From: the human T2T-CHM13v2.0 reference genome, Homo sapiens
Assembly: GCF_009914755.1 (NCBI RefSeq)
Contig: NC_060927.1
Length of the DNA stretch: 64,000 nucleotides
Reading direction: 5' to 3' (one strand)
The notes below the pieces were generated by a model, which was given only the letters and a program-made list of their open reading frames with translations, was not told the origin of the DNA and did not search any database. This document shows positions 25,656 to 37,967 of the stretch, in pieces. Made by a program: the position numbers and the translations under genes. How positions within the stretch are numbered: the stretch's first letter is position 1; every line of letters starts with the position of its first letter.

Positions 25656-28600
25656 GGAGTAAACAAACAGGATCTTTAGTGTTTGAAAAGCCAGTTTGTT
25701 TCAAGTAGTTAGTGAGCCAAGGATGTCTCTGCATTTATAGCTAATGTTCTATTCCTTCTTTGCTTCTTAAACCTTATCATTTCTAGGAAGCTGGGAGTCC
25801 TTCCCTATCTCTCTGCTTTATTTTTCTTTTCTGCCCCTGTATAACCAATTCCTATGTCCTGTTTCTGTGTTTTCATTGGGTTATTTTCCAGTTTCTCTGT
25901 GGTCAAGACACATACATAAAATTGAATCCCTTGGTAGATAACATGTTCTGTGAGGGCAAGTTTCTAATCTGTTATTTCCCCTGCCAGCTCTTAGAGGAGC
26001 CAGGTCCTCAGGAGGGGTTATTAACTGGCTTACTCTGACACCTTCATCCCAGTAAACTTCTCATTGACTTTATTAAGGAGTCACACACATGGGGATTCAG
26101 ATGGTATCTTGCAAATCCAAAAGTAGGAACATGTGCTCTTAGGGGAAAAAAATCTTATAGAAGGAAACAGAATTCTAGGTGCAGGTGTCTTTGGATACCA
26201 TTCAGATTGTCTGCCTGTGTCTCCATACATGTCTAGGACCATATGCATTACATATGTTGTCTATTTTAAAATAAAACACTGCAGTGGTCCAGCTGTTCCA
26301 AATTCTGTTTCAAAGAACTTGTGGGCGCTTCCCAAGCAACACCATACAGTCATTCTTGCACTGTCCCGGTCTGTTCTTCCACAGTGTCAAACATAAAAAA
26401 ATAAATGCTCCTTGCAACTCCATTTTTTCCCTGTACAAACAGTTGGAATTGGTTGATTAAAGAAAAAGAAAACTCCAATGTTGACATTAGCAGAGGGAAA
26501 ACAGCCCAGAGCAAGCAGTATGAAAGAGTCAATTCCTGAATTCAGGACATTCTGGGATCACTTCCTTTGCCAATATTTGGCATGTGTCAAGAGAATGAAA
26601 ATGAATTTGAACATCGGGTTAAGCAAAAAGGAATTAGGAGGGTAAAGTGGCTGCTTAAAACCCCAGTGATGTTTGGATGATCTCTTGCTTTGGGAGATGC
26701 ATCCTAATGCTCTTTTTCATTAACCGTATTTTTCTAGAAATCAACGATTGACATTTTAAGAACCAATTTCAATCATCTTTACCTGTGTCAGACCTAGTCT
26801 TAGGAAGTAGTTCCTAAGTCCTGCTTGGTCTTCAAGGGCTCCAGATGTACTGATGTACTGACAGTGAGCTATATGATTTTATAGGCTCTGCAGCTAGGGC
26901 ATAATTCAACACACCTTGCAAACATTGCTACCTGTTTCACTTCGGGGGTTTAATTGCATAAGGATTTTTCAGTCCTTTATGACATGGGCATAGGAGACTG
27001 ACTTCAAACTAAGCTTGGATGGATAACGCTGCTATTGGTACTGACATTAAGAAATTTCAAGCACTGTCAATGGTTTCTATGACATAGATGCAGGTTGATG
27101 AACATACAGACTTACGGAGAGCAGGTGCACTTTCAAGCGGAAACTAGTCTAAACCTTGCCCCAAGTTTGCTTGGAAGTAATTTTGGCTTGACATTTAAGG
27201 AATGTTGGGAAAACACTGGTTCCTAAAGTGATACTATTATGTGGGTTTTATACTCTCATCTCATTTAATCTACTTTATTAAAATTCAAGTGGTATGGTCC
27301 CTAATTGACTACTCTGTCATCTATGTTGTTCTTTGATCATGATATTTGGGTTCATTTCATGTTTGATAGTCTTTTCCTTTTTTCCTCCCTCACAAATGAA
27401 AACCATATACTATTTTTCATGATCTATTATCTCAGTATCAAGCACACTTACATGATCTTGTTTCTAACATATATATTTTTAGATAGACTTGCAATAATGT
27501 CTAGCAAATAAATGTAATTTTCCTGGAAGAATAATGTAGTTTTCAAATTTTTATTTTATTGAAATTTTCCTATTATACTAACAGCTTAGGGATTGAAGAT
27601 AAAAGGTCAAATCTACCTTTTTATTCTGTGATATTACATTTTGGAAATTTTTCTGGGCTAGTGAAAAATTCACTGTTGAAAATAATTATGATTATATTAC
27701 TAACAAATTGTCTGAAAGAGGCTCTTCTCTCTCATGAATCCCTTTTGTAATAAGCTAGAGGTAGCTGTTTTAACATTGGAATTTAGAGCACAGTTATGGC
27801 TGTTGCTACTCCTGATGGATGCTAGAGGCAAGAGAATAGCTAATGCAACTCTAAAGTCATCTGTGAACCCAAACTGCAAATTAAAAGGTGACTTTGTATT
27901 TCTCTTATACGGAAAATGTGTGCTTGTCATATCTGCTTGACAGTACAAGAGTGAATGTATGGTTTGGACAATAACGAACAATGACAGTAGTCAGCCTCAT
28001 CAGAAGACATGAAATAAAGAAATGACAATGACTGATGGCAGCTGGTTGTTTATGGATTTTTCTAGAAGAGCTTTCCTTGGAATAGTCAAGTAACCAGGGG
28101 ATGTTGTGCCCTGCCTGAGCTCTGCACAGCAAGCAAAAGACTGGTCCTCACATGCCTGCTGCCCAGAGGCACAAATGGACCACTTAATTGAGAAACAACT
28201 TAATTGCTTCGTGGTCCCTTTAGCTAAACTGGGGTAATATGAATGGCCAAAAGAGGATGGCTTCTTTGGAAGCTCTCAAGGCTCACATTGCATCATGCAG
28301 AAATCTTGAATTTAAAACTACTATGGCAATACCCCCAAAAGGATAAGTGTGTGATGTTTATTTCAATGTTAATTTCTATAATTATTTGTCAGACAATTGC
28401 TTTGAGTAAAAATCATAACAGAGATTTTGTCAAAGATCTCAAGCAAAATAAATAAATGATTTTAGTTTTCTCCTGCTGTAGTTATATTAACTTACAGAGT
28501 ACTCGATGTTTTTGCACTCACTCCAACATGAGCAAAAATAAATTTTCTATACCTGATTAATAATCTTACTATAACTCACTATATGGCATGAAAATACTCA

Positions 28601-30008
28601 ATTAACTAGTGAATAATATGTTAAATATGTCTTACGTAGTTAACAGTGAGGTAAACCTTCATTTAATATGGTCTGTTTAGATCAAATCATGGTGTTTGGA
28701 AAATTTTAGACCTGATTGTGGGAACATATTCTTTTAAAAAGTGATTTACTTTTACAGTGAAAAGGGACATGATTTACAGTATGGTTTTGGGTCAAACAAA
28801 TTATGTTAATATTGAATTAATTATTTGATATTGCATTCCTGCAACGTAGCAACTGCAAGTTGACAATATAAGAAGATATAGCAAAATTTTATGAGATAAA
28901 ACTACAGAAAGGAATTAAGGCAAACAATTGTTTAAAAATCTACTAGGATAGCAATGCGTTGTTGTGCAAATACATGTAAACTTGTTTAGAACAGAATTCA
29001 TTCAGTTAACTATTCATCCATCCTTTCTTTCATTCTTTAAAAAAAGTATAGCAAAATCCTAAATTCCCACTAAGTTTACATTCTATGATAAGCCTTTTAA
29101 AATGCCTCATCAGACATTCAAGAAAAGTAAAGTCAAATTAAGTATCTGCTTGAAGTGGTGAAAAACGTCTGTCTGCTAGCCAGGGGTACATTTATGCAAA
29201 ATAAAAGAAAAAAGAAAGAAAGGGAGGAAAAAGCAAATTAAAGAAGGAAACAAAAAAAATTTGAAGAAAAGACTATCATTAAATGGTCAGGAGAAATGAT
29301 ATGACCTAGTTCTTCTAAATTAGCATTCAGAATACTCAAATACATAGTTGCCTGCTCTCTTGACCAATTTTTCTAACTCCGTCTAACGTCAAGTCTTTCC
29401 TCAACACATTTTTGGTTGATAGTTTTTTCCTATATAAATTAAGGAAGTATGTGTTCTTTTTTATTAATAACTCGAATAGTTAAGAGAAATATTTTTCTAA
29501 AGTTTTAATGTCTCCTTTTTCTCTTACATGGGTATTTTTAGAAAAATTAATACAAATACAAATGATGTCAAAAAAGTTATTGTTGTCATTGTTCTTGGGG
29601 GAGTAGCAGAATGACATTTGATACCAGAGGTTAAATGTCAACCTTGATACCAAGGTTAATACCTTGGCATTGTAAGACTGTGAATCCAAAGCATTTGTAA
29701 ATGAGTGACATGGATTCAGTCTTGTCCTTAATTTCCTGTTTTTGTGTGTGCTAGTTCCATGTATTGTAGCTCTCCTTTCAAAATTAATCCTCTATTGGGT
29801 CTTACATTAGAGCACACCCTTAAGCCAGCTAGAATGAACTCTTTAGTGTTCAAATAATGCATTTGCTTTCTTAATTGTATTTTGCAATTTCTTCTAGTCT
29901 TGCTCAGTTAACAACTCTGGGTTTCCTACCCCACTTATTTTTTAAGGTATCCATGGTTACCACACCACTGGTACTCTGACCATTCGAATCTTTGGAATGG
30001 GAAAGGAA

Positions 30009-30033
30009 AAACAACAACAACAACAACAACAAC
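30009..30033. repeat. (AAC)n trinucleotide repeat, ~8 units
   Basis: Direct reading. Confidence 0.9.
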
Positions 30034-30431
30034 AGCACATTATCAGAGTGCAAAATGATCTGTTTTCAGGCATTAAGCAGTCAGGTAGCTGTGAATTACA
30101 TGAAACAAAGGCATTATTTGCCATTTTGTTGTGATGTTAATTAATATTCTTGGAATGAAAAAAAATTAGACGTTAATGGTTGGCTTTACTCAGAGGATCA
30201 TTTGATGCCAATATGAAAGCCAAGGAGAGGAGGCAATTATGCACACATCACATGCATCCTAGTTTCAGTATGGAAGCTTACATTTCAAACCTAAGGTCAG
30301 GAAAATAACATGAAAAGTTGTACTACAAATTCTAGACATGAGGAAGATTTAAGGGGGAGGGAAGCACATTGCAGGTGTCAGATAATCTAATCTGATTATC
30401 TGAGCTGTGCTAGCTATAGGGGAGCACTTAC

Positions 30432-30443
30432 CCTTCAGTCCAG
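30432..30443 (-). CDS. CADPS: CADPS alternative 12-nt microexon (CTGGACTGAAGG), changes F-Y-A to F-S-G-L-K-D-A
   Basis: ttccttcttaccctgctaacttcTAG|CTGGACTGAAGG|GTAAGT; consensus donor, pyrimidine tract with TGC, phase 1/1 matches flanking exons. Confidence 0.85.
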
Positions 30444-31890
30444 CTAGAAGTTAGCAGGGTAAGAAGGAACAAACCAGAATAACATAAAGACTAGCAACAA
30501 GGCTCAGGAAAGCAGACAGGAGTTCTAACCTAGCAGCCTAAGTTCTTGGGTTCGAGCAAAGATTGAACAAGAAAACTTAAACAAAACAAAACAAAAAACA
30601 AAATCAACCTCCCCCAAACCAACAGTAACCCAAATCCCCCTAACTGTTGAAGACGTTCAGGTGGTAGCAAAAATAGAACAGTTCTCAAAAATACCCAGCT
30701 TTGGGGTTCTATGATGTGATTAACAGTTATTAGTTGAGAAACAGACATTAAAATGACTCATTGCAAGTGATATATTAAATAACCATTGATCAAATGTCAA
30801 AGCTTAAAATACCCTCTTCCCCCACCCCACCCTAATCCAAATGAGAATTGAGGTACTAATTTTTACTGTTCCACTAACACATAATGGACAGGGGATAAGG
30901 TATCTCAATGAGAGGCCACTCAGCATAATAAATCGTGGAACACTCAGCTACAGATTGACATCATTTCCAAGGTAAGCAGCATTGGCCTTAAAAATCGGGG
31001 AATTGCAAGAATTTGTTTAAAAACATTGTATAGCTAGGTGCTGACTTAATTTTGTTAAATTTTAACAAAAAAGAAAAAAATTAAATCAACAATGACACAC
31101 ACAAAAAAACTACAAAAGAACAAAAAAGTTTTAAAGGTTGGTGAAACCCTCCCAAAAATCTCTGTAGAGTCACACACAAACTAATGAATAGCAGGATCTA
31201 TTTTTTTCAGTTTTTACAGTTCCACATAAATACCCCACTCCACTCTTCTCGAAGTGTCTTTTCATTTTAAAACTGAGCTTTTGAAATTGCAAAAAATAAA
31301 AACTGTTAAACTGAATTTAGAAAGACCCAAATAAACTCACAATTACTCCCAAGTTTTCCAAACTATAAAAATGGTCCATTCTTAAGTTTCCCTTAAACAG
31401 ACAGTGACATGACAAGACTGGAGTGTTTCTTTTTCTCTACCCCAAAAATATTTCTATATTGCTTCCCTTCTCTATGTATTTTTCCATTTCTACGTAGCTT
31501 CCTTTTGTCTTGTAAATACTAATAAAGCGATTATAGAGTTAAGTCACTGAAAGATTGTTGTTCTTAAAAATTATTCACTAGCAAGAAAGGCAAGTACTTT
31601 GAACAAATATTCAAAAACAAGATTTAATGAGATGTGTGCAGAGTTAAGTACTTAACAATGACCCTTACCTTTTTGGAAGTCAAGGAAACCTTTTTAAAAT
31701 GCAATACTTGATTTTTTTTTTTTTTTACATTTTTTGTTAGCTAGAGAATCTGTGATTGACTTAATTTTTGTGATGTGACTTGATTAAAATAAATCAGTGT
31801 ATAGATTGGCAACCAAATGTAAGTGAAGAATGAAAATTTGTTCTTTACAACTATGTTATGACTGTTTTTCATCTTTCTTGCGTGGTAGTA

Positions 31891-32005
31891 CCTGGTGACC
31901 AATCCGTCCTACTTTGCTCAGGATTGAAGCGTTTCCTGGGACACAGGATTTTCAGTGCTAAAAGGAGAGACGTCCTGGGCAAACTAAGATGACTTGGTCA
32001 CGGTA
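31891..32005. mobile_element. MER81-like hAT-Blackjack MITE
   Basis: ggtgaccaa...gggacacaggattttcagtgctaaaa...cctgggcaaac...ttggtcac. Confidence 0.75.
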
Positions 32006-32156
32006 AGTATGAATCAACACTGTGGGTTTGACTGAGTTACCCATGTGTAAGGCTTGATCTATTTAGTACTGACGGTTTGAATTTTACAAATTACAGCAGC
32101 TGTGAAGTAATTATGAACTAACCACCATTCTGTGGCTTACTCCACTAACAATTATG

Positions 32157-32492
32157 CAGTCAGCTCTTCAGTATCCAAGGGTTCTGCATCCATGGATTCA
32201 ACCAGCGGTGGATTGAAAATATTCAGAAAAAAATTACATCCATACTGAACATGTACAGACCTTTTTTTGGTCATTATTCCCTGAACAATACAGTGTAATA
32301 ACTATTTACAGAGCATTTGCATTATATCCAGTATTATAAGTAATCTAGAGATGTTTCAAATTACATGGGAGGATGTTTATAATTTATATGAAAATACCAT
32401 GCCATTTTATAAAGGGGATTTGAAAATTCATGGATTTTGGTATCTGCAGGGGGTCCTGGAACCAATTTCCCATGGATACTGAGGGAAGACTG
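32157..32492 (-). mobile_element. MER2 (TcMar-Tigger), full length
   Basis: TIRs cagtcagctcttcagtatcc / ggatactgagggaagactg-TA; internal 'gggggtcctggaaccaat'. Confidence 0.88.
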
Positions 32493-35486
32493 TATTCCCT
32501 CATATCTAGACACTTTTTTCTCTTTTGGTTGCTGTGCATAACTACCCAATGATACCATGGAATGTAAAATTCCTGGTTCCTTTCTTGATCTTTTTGTAGA
32601 TGCTCAGGCATAAAGGTTGGGTTGATTAAATCCTAACTGGTTGTCTCTGATGGCTTGTAAATTATAGGAACAGAAGCCACACTGGCTGGTACTCTGGCTG
32701 CAGTTTTTATTAAGTGCTTAAACTAGCAATAGATAGAATTTGGAGCAGTGTTGAAGCTCTGTTGCAGGGATAATAAAGTAACCATGGGACGGCTGGGATC
32801 CACACTATTAGACTGAAGTTCTGGGTAAGGGCTGCCATTTATTACATGGCCACTGTGTACAGTTGTGCAGATTTGGCACTGCAGAACTCAATGGGTGCCA
32901 TTCATATTTTTGTGTATGTGCAAGGTGTTTCCTGTATTACACAGTCTCCATAGCTGATTGTAGTGGCTTGTTCTTTTAGAACCTGGTAGATGTAGCAGGG
33001 CCTCATGCTCTCTGAAGAACTCCCGTTCCTCGGCAGTAATAAAGGAGACAGTACAGAAGAAGGTAAATCTACCACTAGGTACTGATAAATCCCAATGGCA
33101 TGCATGATCTGGTTTTCTCACTCATTTCTCAGCCTACTTTACATATTCCCTAGGGATGATATCATTTACGCCCCCCCCCCCCGCAAATTCTAACTCTTAG
33201 GAGTTTGCTTTGGATGCTCCATTTAACAAAAGTTCCTTATTTCAACTAGAGTAGTGATACACATCAAGCTGTGTGTATTCAATTGAGTCTTTCTGCTGAT
33301 GCCTAACAACTAGTGTTCTAATTTCACAACTAAATGAATCCTATCCACAGACAGAAATCTAAATCAAGAGCCCCCATGCATTTCCATGAAGAGACATCTC
33401 TTCTTCAGCAGCTTCCATCACAGGTTTTCTTTTTTAATCGATTTCTTGTCTCTAATTTTACTCCTGAATGTCCTTCATCTTATACTAGTGAGGAAAAAGT
33501 GGGGTCAATAGCAAACCATGTAGCAGTTTCTTAATCTGGGCAGATGATAGAACAGAGACACTGAATGTAAGGTGAAATGACTTTAGAAGAAATGAAGATT
33601 ATTTGGAAATAAGACCAGTATTTTCCAAATATCACCTGAGATACATGCTTTATGAGGTTGATTTGAATGGTGATTATAGTTAGAATTTTTTTCTGATACA
33701 GGGGGTAACTTCTTTTCAAGAGGTTACGATAGGATGTGTTGTTTCCAAATGAATTACAAAGGAGCATGTTGCCCAAGGTGAAAGGAGGGATTTTTGTCAT
33801 ACTTTAAAAAAAACACACAACAATTAAACAAATACTGGGTATGATTTATCTTGACTAATAACTATTACTCTCTTTACTGCTCTCAAGTAAACCTAAGTGC
33901 AGGAAGATGTTAGAGAATACAAGAGTGGAGAACTTGGTGGTAGGTGTGGGCAATCTCTTTCTTATTCTTTCATGATTTTCTGTGTGGAAACTCACAGCCA
34001 TTATATGATTATTTACACTGTTCCACAAGGGCATGCATCACCATCAGTACTGGACAGGAATTCCTGGGAGCATCTGATAGACAGAATTTGTGATCCAAAA
34101 GAAGTTGTATTTCCTGATCAACAAGGGTGTTGCAAGGTGTAAGAATATAGTCTTGTTGGACAGAAATGGACATGGCAGTAGAATTCACTGAAATACAAGT
34201 TTACCTCTATTTAGTAGTTACAGCTGCAAAATTATTCCACCCACATCCATATTCTGTTTAAGAGCAACAGAGGAGAGATCGTGCAAGCACTGTGTTAGAG
34301 GTTAAGTCTCTGCATTTGCATTTGTTTTCCTTCAGCTGCAATTCTCTTTCCTCAAATATCTGTGGGGCTGACTACCTATCCTTTGAACCTAAACTCAGGG
34401 AAAGCTTCTTTGTTTGTCTAATGTCTCTCCTTCTCACTCAGTCACCACTAAATGACATTCTTCATGGTATTTACCAGTGTCTGAAGCTCTCTTATTTATC
34501 TGTTCACTTGTTTACTATCTAGGCTTCCCCACTGGGATGCAGGTATTATAAGAGCTGGTACCTTGTCTGTCCTTCTCATTAGCATGTCTTATTTCTAGAC
34601 AGTTGCTCAATGACCTAGAATGAATCAGTGAATTCCATACTAAAGTAATAAATCATCATGATTATTGCTAAAAATGACTTGTACCTGTGTCATCTCTGAT
34701 TGACTTGATATTCAGGGTAAAGCAAAAGACTCTATTTAGAATGAATGTTTGGAACGAAAATGAATTACTTTATTTCTCCATTTTCTTTGTTTTAATAAAT
34801 ATTTCCAAACATGTACTGGCTTTCACCTCACCCTGTGTATCAGAAGTATTGATAGATAAAAGCCATTTTAGGTAGCAAGAAGACATGGAAAAGGGGCAAG
34901 AAATTAAATGTATGCAGAGGTAAGAGGAGAAAAAACTCGAATATGAACTGGGGCTGTTTAAGGAGACAGTTTCATTTTTGGGTCTTCGGTATTTTAGCTC
35001 GGAATGGGATTTTAGGTACCATGTTTTGTGTTTTTTTTTTTTTTTTTCGCTGCATGTGATAATGTCATCATTTATTTTTAAATGGTTCTAAATTGCAGAT
35101 TTAAGTTGATTTCAAATCAACCCTATTTTTAAATTACTTTTAATAGGAAGAAATGAAGCAAGGACATACATAATCTACTATATTTGAAGGACTCAAACAA
35201 ATACATGTTTGGCTGTGAATTCTGTACTCTCACCAAAACAGAGATAAAAATCCACCTAAAATACACTTTCCTTCATTTAGTGCTTGTGGGAGAAGGTCAA
35301 GTATTGCACTTTAAAATTACTTTCATCTAACATTTGCCCCAACTTTCCCCCTGAATTCACTATATGTTTTCAGCAAACATGATTTTATAAATTTTAAGTA
35401 TAAAAGCAACTAGGTTTTCTAATTCAACTTTGGAAGGTTTACTTTACTCTACAGAGCTATTTTTGTAAAACGGCATATTTACTTAC

Positions 35487-35699
35487 AAAATTGAGAGATA
35501 GGGGCATCCAGCTGAGGTACATTTCCTCCCTTGGCGTTGAGTTTCTGGACTTGGGTCGGGGGCACAGGCTTGTGTGACTGCCCCGTGGCCCGATACATGG
35601 CCTGGACCCACAGGATGCGGTCTTGTTCATCGTCACTGGCAAATATCACGGTGTCTCCCTCCTTGACAGCATTGAAGAAGGCTCGGCCACCCTCCAAAC
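35487..35699 (-). CDS. CADPS: CADPS coding exon (~exon 11, 213 nt): [40 protein letters not shown]...QLDAPISQF
   Basis: cccttttcttccAG|GTTTGG...TTTT|GTAAGT; 2+70x3+1 nt; overlaps ORF 35479..35721; end of PH domain. Confidence 0.98.
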
Positions 35700-36101
35700 C
35701 TGGAAGAAAAGGGAGTAACAACTTCTACTAAGCTGAGCTGTGATGTTCTCAACTGGACTCAGCCTTTGAAAAAGCAGTTTCTGCTGCTTTTCCTTGGGAC
35801 AGAAGAGGGGGGTAGTGATTAACTTAGGATGGGAAGTCTGAGATTCACTTGTCCACAGAGTGGGACCGTGATGTTGAAGAAGTATTTCTGAGCCTGGATC
35901 TTATCTTTTTGTGTCCTGCTGGGGATAGAACTGCCAAGCAGACTGCCTGCTTGGGGGATAAACATCTGCCTATAAACATACTATTTTCTCCCTCATCTTT
36001 AAACACAAACAAAACAACAACAAAAACCTCTCTTTACCACATCTCTCCCTTCAGCTACTGTCCTATTGTTCTTCTCTTTACAACGAAAGGGAAATCTCTA
36101 C

Positions 36102-36267
36102 CAAGGCTTTTCCAATTTTAGTACCCATACGAACCCCCTGGGCATGTTGTTAAAATGCAGCTTCTGATTCAGTACGTCCGGAACAGAGCTTGAGGTGCAG
36201 CATTTCTAACAAGCTCCCAGATGATTCAGATGGCGCTGGTGTGAGGACCACATGTTGAGTAGCAAGG
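36102..36267 (-). mobile_element. MER5A relic
   Basis: gcatttctaacaagctcccagatgat...ggaccaca. Confidence 0.8.
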
Positions 36268-36269
36268 GT

Positions 36270-37668
36270 CTCTCCCCTCCTTTTCTGCCTTACAACCCCT
36301 CCAATCAGGCTGCTGCCCCACTGAAACTTGTCCAGGTTTCAGTGGACACATTGCTGAATAACCAGTGACCTCCACATTGCTGAATCCAATGACTGATTAA
36401 AAGCCCTCATTTTATTGGGCCCACCCACCTATCAGCAGCATTTGCACTCCCTTCTCTTCAAGATGCTTTCTTTACTTAGCTTTCAGGAGGAAACCCTGAC
36501 TTTCCTCCTACCATCCTGGCTGCTGCTCCTTAGTCTTGTCTGGTGGCTCCTCCTCCTCCTCTTCCTGATTTTTAAATGCTGGGCTTCTGTCCTTGCCCTT
36601 CTTCTCTTCCTTAGAAGCACCCTCTCTCATGGTGATGCCAACCAGCCTTTAAGTACCATGAGTATGCTGATGGCCTTCACACTTCTCTCTCCAACCTGGA
36701 CCTCTCCCCTGGACTCCAGACTTGAATATCTTTCTTGACTTTTCCCCAGGGATATCTGATAGACATCCCAAGCTTGTGAAACCCAACAATGAACTCCTGG
36801 TCTTTCTCCCTGACCTCCTCAGCAAAGCTGAGCCCATCTCTCTTGCCACTCAAGTCCCCAGTCTTGGGGTCAATTCTGACTCTTTACTTTCTTTCACTAC
36901 CCACTTCCAATGAATCATGAAATTCTGATGGTTCCACCGTTAGGACATTACCAGAATTTGATCACTTCTTCCATCTCCAGTTGCGGCCATCATAAATGTA
37001 GCCAGGATCATCCCTGGATTATTTTAATAGCCTCCTATCTGACCTGTCTGCCTCCATCCTCATTCTCTATAGTTGATGCTCACAAGGCAGCCAGAGTCCC
37101 TGATTTAGCACTAGAGTCAGGTCCTGTCACTCTTCTGCTCAAAACCTGCCAGCAGTTCCACGTTCCACTCAGAGGAAAAGCGTTGGTTCTGACAAGGCCT
37201 GAAAGCCTCCCATGAATTGGTCCTCTGCCACCTCTAACCTCCTCTCCTAATACTCTCTCTCTCCCTCTATGCACACATGTACTCACTTCATTGCAGCCAC
37301 ACTGGCCTCTTGCTCTTCCTTGAACACCCCAGGCATGTGCTCACCTCAGTACCTTTGCAATTGCTTTTCTCTGTGCCTGGAGCACTCTTTTTTCAGGTAT
37401 CTGCATGATTCACACTCTTATCTCCTTTGTATCTTTTCCTAAACATCACATTCCTGTTGAGACCTTCCCTGACCTCCCTTCTTGTGACCTATCTCTTATC
37501 TTGCTTAATTTTTCTTTTTTGCTCCTATTACTTTTTAGCAAACTATATAATTTACTTTGCTTCATAAGTGCAGGTAGTTTTTGTCTATTTTGCTTACTGC
37601 TGTATCCCTGGAGCCTAGAATAGTGCATGGCACATAGTGGGTGCACAAATATTTGTTGAATAAATGAA
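36270..37668 (+). mobile_element. L2 (L2a-like) 3' portion, ~1.4 kb
   Basis: Pyrimidine-rich L2 body ending cctagaatagtgcatggcacatagtgggtgcacaaatatttgttgaataaatgaat. Confidence 0.85.
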
Positions 37669-37728
37669 TATGCTCTAGATCCATCTTTTTCCATGGGCAG
37701 TTCTCAAGGTTAAAATTTAGCGAGAAGT

Positions 37729-37967
37729 GCATGTTCTCACTCATAGGTGGGAATTGAACAATGAGAACACATGGACACAGGAAGGGGAACATCACACACC
37801 GGGACCTGTTGTGGGGTGGGGGGAGGGGGGAGGGATAGCATTAGGAGATATACCTAATGTTAAATGACGAGTTAATGGGTGCAGCACACCAACATGGCAC
37901 ATGTATACATATGTAACAAACCTGCACGTTGTGCACATGTACCCTAAAACTTAAAGTATAAAAAATA
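37729..37967 (+). mobile_element. 5'-truncated young L1PA (PA3/PA4-like) 3' UTR with ~17-bp TSD
   Basis: gcatgttctcactcataggtgggaattgaacaatgag...accctaaaacttaaagtata; TSD aaaatttagcgagaagt / aaaaattagtgagaagt. Confidence 0.95.

Noticed and set aside
31050-31070. AT-rich hairpin TTTTGTTAAA-T-TTTAACAAAA (similar one at 9879-9897)
   Set aside because: Short AT-rich palindromes are expected in this composition
33170-33182. Poly(C) run (poly-G in the pre-mRNA, G4-capable)
   Set aside because: Isolated homopolymer far from splice sites with no supporting context
36415-37215. Leucine-rich, membrane-protein-looking ORFs
   Set aside because: They lie in a pyrimidine-rich decayed L2
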